Part shown: positions 54,526 to 62,327 of the stretch, one piece after another
Position numbering within the stretch: the stretch's first letter is position 1
Layout: every line of letters begins with the position of its first letter
From: Gemmatimonadota bacterium
GTDB taxonomy: Bacteria; Gemmatimonadota; Gemmatimonadetes; Palauibacterales; Palauibacteraceae
Length of the DNA: 64,000 bases
Assembly: GCA_963666735.1 (NCBI GenBank)
Contig: OY762926.1
Span: forward strand, 1,280,001-1,344,000
Direction: 5' to 3'
Program-made: the position numbers and the translations under genes
Notes under the pieces: model-generated
The model's input: the letters and a program-made list of their open reading frames with translations, nothing else
Database searches by the model: none
What the model was told of the DNA's origin: nothing

Positions 54526-54912
54526 TCATGCGTCGCAGTGCGCGAAGATGTCGTAGTCGGCCAAAGGCCACCAAGTATGATGCGGCGGGCGTCCGATCTG
54601 CTGGAGGCGGCCCGCGCCTTCGCGGAGCAGAACGCGGCAAACCGACCGACCGCGAAGCGTCGGAAACCGCAGGGCCCTCTCGGCGTCGATTTGCTCCGCA
54701 AGCACGGATAGGCCGCGGACCCGATATTCCGATACGCCGCCAAATACTCGATCAGGGTGTTCGGCCCGCTGCGAGCGGAAATCACAGTCCGTGGGCGGCG
54801 GCGTGCGAACCAGCCTGAAGACGTATCGGCCGTGGACGATCTCCTCCGAGGTTGCTGGAGGGCAGTTCGGCGGTAGTGCCTCTCGATAGCTTGGGTGGCT
54901 GTCGCGCGCCAT
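54526..54912 (-). CDS. Small hypothetical protein, possible ADP-ribosyltransferase-like fold
   Basis: 128 aa, purine-rich RBS, LPPNCPP...YVFRLV...DFRS...RGLSV...HHTWW; stop 10 bp before the Mod-fusion ATG. Confidence 0.7.
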   Translation of the reverse strand: MARDSHPSYREALPPNCPPATSEEIVHGRYVFRLVRTPPPTDCDFRSQRAEHPDRVFGGVSEYRVRGLSVLAEQIDAERALRFPTLRGRSVCRVLLREGAGRLQQIGRPPHHTWWPLADYDIFAHCDA

Positions 54913-54930
54913 TTCTCTCTCGGTTCGGGT

Positions 54931-55572
54931 CTATGAGGTGCGAGGAGGCGAGGTTTCCCTGCGCGAGAGCTCAAGTGGTGCCGGATCCCTCGGCGTGGCC
55001 AGTTCGTATCCCGGCCGGGAGGGCTCCATGAACGTGATCGCCTCGTAGAAGTCGTCCAAGGCCACGAAGACTCCGTTCTCTTGCGCCCAACTCCGCATGC
55101 GTTGGTTGCAGGAGTTCGCCCGCGACAGGATTTCGATGCGCCATCCCCTCCCGTGCATCCGTTCCAGCGTCCGGTGGAAGTCGGCACCCTCGAGGTAGCC
55201 CGATCCGCCGCCGCTGAGGAGTATCGCGATACCGGGATCGCCGTTGTAGTCGAGTGCATCTTCGAGCGTGCGAAGCTGCAGCACGCGATCCGGCATGTCC
55301 TGCTCGCCCCGGTGGACCTCGCCGCGGTCGAACAGGCTCACCTCGATGCCCTGGGCCTCCATGCGGTTCCACAGGTGGCGTAGCTCGGGGGGGACCGAAC
55401 CGGCCGCGTACGCTCTCGTCACCGGCCGCCCGGCGTGGGCAAGCGCCAACAGTCGGTCGAATTGGATGCGTACGCGGCATCTGGCTCCGGGACCCTCCTG
55501 TCGCTCCTCCGCAAGGCGCTGGGCCTCGATGAAGATGTTCGAATGGTCCCAGTAGATGAAGCACGATTCCAT
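54931..55572 (-). CDS. NYN (LabA/DUF88 PIN-like) domain protein
   Basis: IYWDHSNIF, AGSVPP, GEQDMPD, LLSGGGSG (SGD expected), GWRIEILS, FVALDDFY. Confidence 0.82.
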   Translation of the reverse strand: MESCFIYWDHSNIFIEAQRLAEERQEGPGARCRVRIQFDRLLALAHAGRPVTRAYAAGSVPPELRHLWNRMEAQGIEVSLFDRGEVHRGEQDMPDRVLQLRTLEDALDYNGDPGIAILLSGGGSGYLEGADFHRTLERMHGRGWRIEILSRANSCNQRMRSWAQENGVFVALDDFYEAITFMEPSRPGYELATPRDPAPLELSRRETSPPRTS

Positions 55573-55706
55573 GTGTTTCTCCGTTTGTGGCCGCCGCGGC
55601 CGACTCCTGCCCCACTCTGGACGCTGCGTGGAAATCGGACTCCGCCCGGCCAGCAATCCAAGAATAGCGTTCGACGTGTCCAAGACCAACGCGCCAAGGC
55701 GAGGGT

Positions 55707-58700
55707 CTACCATGCGTCGAGTTCCAGGTGGGCCCCGCCCAGGCCGCGTTCCCGAGCGATCCCCTCCAGCTCGGGATCGCCGCGCACCAGGTATCCGAAG
55801 AAGCGTGGGTCAGCTTCGACGGAGATGTCCTGGAGGAGCCTGCGACGGTCCTCTCGGCCGATCGCATCCGTTGCCGCAGCCAATAGTTCGGTGTCCAGTG
55901 AGTAACGAGTGCCACGTTCGGACAACCCCCTACCGATGGCCTCCGCCATGATTCTCATGTCTTCCGGGGACGGCGGGAACTCCATCCGATTCTCGGTCAC
56001 GGCAACTTCTTCAGCCTTTCGTTGCGAACTTTCGTCGGCTTGGTGCAGGATCCAAGCGTTCGCGGCGTCTCGGTCACGGCGAAGCACATCGTGCAGCAGT
56101 TCGGGCGCACCGCACGTCACGGCGGCGTCACGCCATGCCACGCCCAAATTGCCGGGCGGCGGCCTTCGATCATGCAGATCCCACAGCGCGGCGGCCGTTT
56201 CGCCGCGAACCGTCTCGTCCCGATCCTCGAGCAACCGGATCCTCCACTCATCCGGAACGTCGGACCAGTGAACGGCAGCCCGCAAGACGCCGGCGTTTTC
56301 TCGCGCCGCAGCCATGACGTGTTGGACGGCCACGCGCGGCGGGTCGCGAAGGTAAGGACCAACCTGGAGGCCCGCCCACATGCCCACACCATGCCCCTCT
56401 ATACGCTCCAAGGTCCGCCACGGCGCCTCGCCAGATAGATCGGCGGCGACGGCTCCGGCGAGGAACGGGCCGATCCAAGCTTCTGGTGCCTGGCGGCTGG
56501 CGAACGCGCCAAGCCACGCGGACGGGTCATCGACCATCTCGGCCAGTTGAACCGTGATCAGATCCAGTGGACGCGTTCCGCGGTAGCCGCTCAGCTTGCC
56601 TTGGCGTTTCAATACCAGCATGCGGTCGACCACTGTTTCCGGCTTCTCTCGGCGCCATTCTTCAGCCAGCTGCAGCGCCGCCGCCTCAACCCGTTGAAGC
56701 CGCACGCGGGTCTCATCAAGTTGCTGGGCCGATGTCATCTCGCGGCGAGTGTTGCGGCCGACCGACGCGCGTGGGTACAACGCATCGATCCACCGATTCA
56801 ACGCTGCGTCGCCGATCTCCGGGATCTTCACGCCCAACGCATGCTCGCGGGCGATGCCGCACGCCCAGTGCAGGAAGCCCGGCTCCCGCCACACTTCGAA
56901 CGCCTGCTCAAGCATCCGCGGCACCTCGGCTCGGGACGCGACGCGGGTCTCGGGGAGTTTTCCGAGCACACGGACACCTGCGGTCCACTCCCGGATCACA
57001 CCCCGAGCGCATGCCATGCCGGGATCGCCCAGGTCAGTCAGGATGCGCATCGCGTCCGGCCATAGCCCCGCGAGCTGCGCGACGTCTTCCGCAGTGAGGG
57101 AACCCATCGGCATACGGAATTTCTCCCGGCTCACGGAGTCGCCCTCAATAGCCATGAAACCGAGCGCGAAGCATGTCCCAACGAGGCTCGCCACGACATT
57201 CGGCCTGCCCCGGGCCGACTGTCCCAGTTCGGTCAGCGCACTAAGGAGCGCTTGGCGCCGCATGAATGCGGAGGTGCCTGGCCGTCCAGCTCGAATCCAT
57301 GTGCCAACCGCCGAGAGGAGGTCCTCCGGCTGCGCGGTGGGAGGGGAACCATCACCGGGCTCGATCTCCAGCTCTCCGTGTTCTTCCGGGGGTTTGTCGC
57401 CTGATGTCATAGCGAGCGCGAGCAACCGCCTCAAGGCCCCGTCGGGAGCGAGCCGCAGCGCCGTAGACGCTACTGACGACGCCCGGTCGGGGTGTTGGTC
57501 CAGCACCCACATGGCTCCCTCGGCACCGGTCGCCGCGTAGATGTCGAGCACGCGGCTGCCGACGCCCGCCTTCTTGTGGGCACCGAGTCGGCTCTGGATG
57601 AGGTCGTGCGGCACCGGGGCACCGCGCGCGAGCGCGCCGAGGAGCGTTTCGGTGCAGGTGACGGCGTCCTCGACCACCTCCAGCGCCGGTTCGATCCGCA
57701 GCCTCAGCCCACCCGAGAAGTAGGTTCGAGCCACGAGGGCGTGACGCAGCACAGCTGGCCGGATGGCGATGGCGCGGCGGTACGTATCGGTCAGCGTACC
57801 CGTCCCCGATAGCGGCGCCAGCGACCCGCTCAGCGTCGCTTCCGGCAGTCCCACGGCTCGCGCCGCCGAACCCAGTTGCATGCCAGCACTCCCGCCCATG
57901 GCGAGCGTCGCCAAGTAGTGGAGGCCCGTGTCCGACAGCTGCCTGAAATCCTTCCGCAGGCCCTCCAACAGACGGTTGCCCCGGACGAGATCTTCGAGTC
58001 CCCGTTGTGCCGTGTACCGAGCCAGCGTAAGGGCCAGTCCCGGCCGACACGGGCCCGAGTGCTTCAGCATGTCGTCGGGCAGGTCCTCACACTGGTCGAG
58101 AATCTCGCGGATCACGCCGTCGGCGAGGTCGGGCTCTTCGCGGCGGATGATTTCCGCTACGGTCTCGCGCGGCAAGCCTCCGACCCGAATCAACCGATCC
58201 CTCCCCACGAACAACCGCACGGCCAGCGCCTGCTCGTAGCTCGGCCATGTCGACGCCACGATGCCGAAGTCGAAGCCGGGCTCCTCCCTCAGTCTGAGCA
58301 GGAGATCGAGCACCGACTCCCGGAGATGCGCGTCGTCCACGAAGACGAATTGCATGGGGGCGTCCCGGAACGCATCGGCGATTCTCCCGGGATCCTCCGA
58401 CACCGCGAACAGGCCGCGCCCTTCCCTCGCAAGCGTCTCCAGCAGCGCCGTCTTCCCGACGCCGGGCTGCCCCACGAGCAGAGCGTCGCCTTGGTGTCCG
58501 CGCAGCCAGTCGAGTTCCTGGTCCCGGCCAATGAGTTCGCCGACCCGAGACGGGCCCGGCAGACGGGGGAGCGCCGAGAGCGCGGGAGGATCGCCCGGCA
58601 GACCCAGGAGTTCGAGCCGCCACTTCGAGTTCCCGTAGAGCAGACCCGTGAAATAATCGCGGTCGTGGACGTTGCGGAGTGTGAAGCCGAGCTCCCGCGC

Positions 58701-59033
58701 GCGAGCCCCAAGGTTCCGCCGTCTTTGCGGGGTGAGCGCCTGAGACGTCGCCACGACCGCCTCCGTCGCGCCCCCCCCGGCGGCGCCATATGATTTCAGG
58801 CTACGGGTCAGGTTCCCGATAACGTCCGTTGCGGTGGTCGCGATCAGGGGGAGCGGCTCTCCGACGGCGTTCGGGATCGCGCCATCCATCCCGGCGTCTC
58901 CACCGCCCGTGACCGGAGCCAGCCCCGGATACGCATCCCGTAGCAGTTCCACCGCACAGCGCTCGAAGAGGTGGGGATCGAGCTTCTCACGCAGCCGTTC
59001 CTCGATCTTCCGGTACAGCGGATCCCGTATCAC
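55707..59033 (-). CDS. Large P-loop ATPase with N-terminal Mrr/REase-like domain (STAND-like)
   Basis: FERCAVELL...GGDAGMDG, LIGRDQEL, GQPGVGKT, VFVDDAH, long helical C-terminus. Confidence 0.78.
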   Translation of the reverse strand: MIRDPLYRKIEERLREKLDPHLFERCAVELLRDAYPGLAPVTGGGDAGMDGAIPNAVGEPLPLIATTATDVIGNLTRSLKSYGAAGGGATEAVVATSQALTPQRRRNLGARARELGFTLRNVHDRDYFTGLLYGNSKWRLELLGLPGDPPALSALPRLPGPSRVGELIGRDQELDWLRGHQGDALLVGQPGVGKTALLETLAREGRGLFAVSEDPGRIADAFRDAPMQFVFVDDAHLRESVLDLLLRLREEPGFDFGIVASTWPSYEQALAVRLFVGRDRLIRVGGLPRETVAEIIRREEPDLADGVIREILDQCEDLPDDMLKHSGPCRPGLALTLARYTAQRGLEDLVRGNRLLEGLRKDFRQLSDTGLHYLATLAMGGSAGMQLGSAARAVGLPEATLSGSLAPLSGTGTLTDTYRRAIAIRPAVLRHALVARTYFSGGLRLRIEPALEVVEDAVTCTETLLGALARGAPVPHDLIQSRLGAHKKAGVGSRVLDIYAATGAEGAMWVLDQHPDRASSVASTALRLAPDGALRRLLALAMTSGDKPPEEHGELEIEPGDGSPPTAQPEDLLSAVGTWIRAGRPGTSAFMRRQALLSALTELGQSARGRPNVVASLVGTCFALGFMAIEGDSVSREKFRMPMGSLTAEDVAQLAGLWPDAMRILTDLGDPGMACARGVIREWTAGVRVLGKLPETRVASRAEVPRMLEQAFEVWREPGFLHWACGIAREHALGVKIPEIGDAALNRWIDALYPRASVGRNTRREMTSAQQLDETRVRLQRVEAAALQLAEEWRREKPETVVDRMLVLKRQGKLSGYRGTRPLDLITVQLAEMVDDPSAWLGAFASRQAPEAWIGPFLAGAVAADLSGEAPWRTLERIEGHGVGMWAGLQVGPYLRDPPRVAVQHVMAAARENAGVLRAAVHWSDVPDEWRIRLLEDRDETVRGETAAALWDLHDRRPPPGNLGVAWRDAAVTCGAPELLHDVLRRDRDAANAWILHQADESSQRKAEEVAVTENRMEFPPSPEDMRIMAEAIGRGLSERGTRYSLDTELLAAATDAIGREDRRRLLQDISVEADPRFFGYLVRGDPELEGIARERGLGGAHLELDAW

Positions 59034-59034
59034 C

Positions 59035-60441
59035 TCAACCTCCGATGAGCCACGCCAGCATCCCCGTCGGTATCGCGATGAGACCGGGGTCGCCCGTATC
59101 CAGCGCCCTCCGAGTCGCCACGAGGCCGCGCCACTTGGAATTCCGGATCACGGCCGCCCCCCGGGTCCACCGCTCGCCGTCCACGTACTTCGACTCGATG
59201 GCCAGGTCGCCGAACCCCGGGCCCACGAAGTCGATCTCCCGCCGCCCTCCCGTACGGTGATGGAGAACCGAGTCGAAGTTCAGGTACGAGGCCTGGTCTT
59301 CGCGCAGGAACGAGCGGACGAGCGCCACGCCCAGCTGCTGCTCCGACATGGGGCCGGGTTCGACAGGCACGGCGTGGGGCGAGAGGTGGACGTAGACGGG
59401 ATCGGCAAAGTAGGTCTTCTCCTGGGATCGCAGCGCTGGACGGAGAGAGCGCTCCGGATAACAGGGCCAGACGATGAACGCCTCTCGCAGCGCATCGATC
59501 CGGCGGCCGGCGGATTGACGCGAGGTGCCGAGATCCGTGGCGATGTCATGACGGTTCGTCGGTGACGCGAGCCCCCTCGCCAGCCGTGCCGTGAACGCGG
59601 CCGACTGCGCCTGCGACCACGCCGCCCCGGCGAAGGCCTCGCCGTGAATGACATGGAACAGGTCGCGGCGGAGTTCCCGCGCAGAGTCGTCGCCCCCAGC
59701 GGCGGCGGAGACCGCCTGAGGAAAACCGCCCACGCGGATGTACTCGTCCCACTTCCGCACGAGTTCGTTAAGCCATGGGGCCAGCGTTCGCACCCGCTCC
59801 CGCAGGACGGGAGGAGTGAGATCCGCCACCGACAGCGGTGGAATGCGCTGCGGTAGATCCGCATCGGAGTGCGCGCGCACGAAGGCCCGAAAGGACATTG
59901 GCAGGAGGACCCGGTCGGGATCCGGCACGCCACCGCGCCGTCCGGCGAGCGCCCTGACGGCTTCACCCAGATCCGCAGCCGACGATCCCGTGAGGACGAC
60001 AGTGTCGTCGCCGAAGCGGGAGTCGTTATCCCGCAGCCACTTGATGGCGGCGGGCCATCCGTCCGCGATGGCGGTGATCTCGTCGAAGAACCAGAAACGC
60101 CGTCCTTCCGGCGGCGTGAAGTCGGCGGCGACATCCACGATGCGCCCGAGATCCCCCGCCGACAGACGATCCGCAGCGAAATGAACGATCCGGCGGGGAT
60201 CTTCGCCATCTCCGATGAGGCGCTTGATCGTCTTCTTGACCTCGACCGACTTCCCGACCCGCCTCGGCCCGCGAAGCAGATAGAGGCCGCCGGGTCGAAG
60301 ATCATCGAGTACCTTGGCCGAGTAGTCGAACGGTGCCCGGGCCGCCTGACGGAGATCTCGGTCGGCCAATACCCACGAGCGCGGCTTGTCCCACCAACCC
60401 GTGAGAGCCAGCATGCTTCGGATGTCGTCAACGCTGGGCAT
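59035..60441 (-). CDS. AAA_14 ATPase with DUF4143 / PD-(D/E)xK-like C-terminus
   Basis: GPRRVGKS, FFDEI, LTGSS, LAGRR, GGFP, KTYFADP, REIDFV...AIESKY. Confidence 0.88.
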   Translation of the reverse strand: MPSVDDIRSMLALTGWWDKPRSWVLADRDLRQAARAPFDYSAKVLDDLRPGGLYLLRGPRRVGKSVEVKKTIKRLIGDGEDPRRIVHFAADRLSAGDLGRIVDVAADFTPPEGRRFWFFDEITAIADGWPAAIKWLRDNDSRFGDDTVVLTGSSAADLGEAVRALAGRRGGVPDPDRVLLPMSFRAFVRAHSDADLPQRIPPLSVADLTPPVLRERVRTLAPWLNELVRKWDEYIRVGGFPQAVSAAAGGDDSARELRRDLFHVIHGEAFAGAAWSQAQSAAFTARLARGLASPTNRHDIATDLGTSRQSAGRRIDALREAFIVWPCYPERSLRPALRSQEKTYFADPVYVHLSPHAVPVEPGPMSEQQLGVALVRSFLREDQASYLNFDSVLHHRTGGRREIDFVGPGFGDLAIESKYVDGERWTRGAAVIRNSKWRGLVATRRALDTGDPGLIAIPTGMLAWLIGG

Positions 60442-60537
60442 TCCGGCTCCCGCCGTTTACGATTCATCGAGGATTCGTCATCGGTGATGATGGTATGGCC
60501 CCGGGACACCGAGAGCAATTTTTCAACGAGAGATGCG

Positions 60538-60602
60538 ATACCATGGACGATTTTGCCGCGAAAATGACCATACCATGGACGATTTTGCCGCGAAAATGAC
60601 CA
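60538..60602. repeat. Perfect 32-bp tandem duplication in a divergent promoter region
   Basis: ATACCATGGACGATTTTGCCGCGAAAATGACC x2. Confidence 0.92.
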
Positions 60603-60625
60603 CATTACTAAGAAGAGATGGGGAA

Positions 60626-61570
60626 ATGGGTGATACGCAGAGGGTCGGCCGCGTGCAGCGTGCAAAGCTGCGCGACGTGTGGGGACACGAAGCTCGAGAT
60701 TTCACGACTTGGTTGGAGGAGAACGTCGACCTCCTCAACGAGGCCACGGGCCTCAGCCTCAGCGGTGCCGAGCGGGAAAAGTCCACTGGTTCCTTCAGCA
60801 TCGATCTCATCGCCGAGGATGAGAAGGGTCGAGCGGTCGTGATCGAGAACCAGTTGGAGAAGAGCGATCACGATCATCTCGGCAAACTGCTCACGTACCT
60901 CGTGGGTTTCGAGGCGAAGCAGGCGATCTGGATCGTCGCCGATCCCCGCCCGGAGCATATCCGTGTGATCACCTGGTTGAACGAGAGTGCATCCGCAGAC
61001 TTTTACCTGATGAAGCTCGAAGCCATCCGAATCGACGATTCCGACCCGGCACCGTTCTTCACGCTGATCGTGGGTCCAAGTGAGGAAACGCGTGAGGTGG
61101 GCCGCTCAAAGAAGGAGATGACGGATCGCGTGCGTATCCGCCACCGATTCTTCGAACGATTGCTGGAACGTGCCAAGTCAAAGACTCGACTTCACGCCGG
61201 CGTCAGCCCCGGCACCGCACATTGGGTCGGCACGGGAGCAGGGATCGCGGGACTCAGTTACACGTACGTCGTGCGAAAACGCGACGCTCGCGTCGAACTC
61301 TACATTGACACTCCTGATGGCAAGGAGAACCGGCGGATCTTTGACGCGTTGTTCGGCGCCCGAGAAGAAATCGAACGTCGATTCGACGCCCCGTTGGAGT
61401 GGGACACAAAGGACGGGCGGCGGGCGTGTCGAATCAAGAAGACGTTCGACGTCGGAGGCTGGCACGACGAAGACGACGGGGAAGCCGTACACGAGCAGCT
61501 GGTTGAGGGAATGATCAAGCTCGAATCGGCCATCCGGCCCGATCTGACGAGACTACGCCAAGGCAGTTAG
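60626..61570 (+). CDS. DUF4268 protein with N-terminal NucS-like PD-(D/E)xK domain
   Basis: LRDVWGHEARDFTTWL, SIDLIAED, VVIENQL, DHDHLGKLLTY, C-terminal RVELYI...LEWD...RACRI. Confidence 0.85.
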   Translation: MGDTQRVGRVQRAKLRDVWGHEARDFTTWLEENVDLLNEATGLSLSGAEREKSTGSFSIDLIAEDEKGRAVVIENQLEKSDHDHLGKLLTYLVGFEAKQAIWIVADPRPEHIRVITWLNESASADFYLMKLEAIRIDDSDPAPFFTLIVGPSEETREVGRSKKEMTDRVRIRHRFFERLLERAKSKTRLHAGVSPGTAHWVGTGAGIAGLSYTYVVRKRDARVELYIDTPDGKENRRIFDALFGAREEIERRFDAPLEWDTKDGRRACRIKKTFDVGGWHDEDDGEAVHEQLVEGMIKLESAIRPDLTRLRQGS

Positions 61571-61693
61571 GCGCGTCCGGGTAGCGGAAGCTCTCCTTCT
61601 GGCTGACCGGTTCTCCCCCGTCGATGGCGCCCTCCGGTCCCCGCGGTGGGAACCCCTAGAGCAGTCCCCGGCTCACGGCCGTATCGTCATAAT

Positions 61694-61732
61694 GACCGTC
61701 AAAATGACGACTCCGCCGTCGTTTTGACGGTC
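61694..61732. repeat. Inverted repeat (16-bp arms, 15/16 match)
   Basis: GACCGTCAAAATGACG-ACTCCGC-CGTCGTTTTGACGGTC between convergent genes. Confidence 0.75.
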
Positions 61733-61826
61733 GACTTCCTATCGGCCAGCCTCAATTCCGAGTACCTCGACACGGTCAAGCGGCCGGCAACATCATGACC
61801 GATGCGGTTTTCGGACCGGGGACGGC

Positions 61827-62273
61827 TTACGATTTGATGGCGTCCCAGAATCCTCTTGGACTCACGATTGCGACCGGTGCAATCTCGGCGGCCCGTAGGA
61901 GATCTTCATCTCCCGTCACGAGGAGATCGGCCATTCCGGCTACCGCCTCCTCGAGGATGGGAACGTCGTCAGGATCATCGAGTGCGATCCCGAGTGCGGC
62001 GGCCTCGCGGATGATCTCGCCTTCCTCCCGAAGAAAGGTCTCGACAGCCTCGACCGTGCCGCGGGGGACACCGAATTTTCGCAGCAGGACCCGGCGCAAC
62101 TCGCGGAACACCGTCTCGCTCAAGACAAGCGAGTGGCTCTCGATCACGGAGCGGAGGACATCGGAGCAGAGCCCTCTGGTGGCCACCGCGCTGGCCACGA
62201 CATTGGTGTCGAGGCCATGGATTCCGCCGGGGCTCTCGGGGTTGTCTTGCGCGCCGGGGACGGGACCAGCCAC
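61827..62273 (-). CDS. PIN-domain toxin (VapC-like), orphan, possibly 5'-truncated
   Basis: LDTNVVASA, ELRRVL, DPDDVPILEEA, LLVTGDEDLL, IVSPRGF. Confidence 0.78.
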   Translation of the reverse strand: MAGPVPGAQDNPESPGGIHGLDTNVVASAVATRGLCSDVLRSVIESHSLVLSETVFRELRRVLLRKFGVPRGTVEAVETFLREEGEIIREAAALGIALDDPDDVPILEEAVAGMADLLVTGDEDLLRAAEIAPVAIVSPRGFWDAIKS

Positions 62274-62327
62274 TGTGCGGAAGGCCCTGTGTCGCCGCAG
62301 TCATCCGCCGTCACCCCGGAGGTTCCG

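Noticed and set aside
54516..55259. N-terminal extension of the 1480-aa mod ORF
   Set aside because: Overlaps the NYN and 128-aa genes on the same strand in other frames and translates as low-complexity sequence; the real start is 54515 or 54059
58771..58778. G8 tract near the 5' end of the STAND-like gene as a phase-variation switch
   Set aside because: Encodes Gly codons in frame; an equal run occurs in ftsK (~2284-2291), so it is expected at this GC content
60538..60602. 32-bp repeats as a CRISPR array
   Set aside because: Only two copies, directly adjacent with no spacer, and no cas genes
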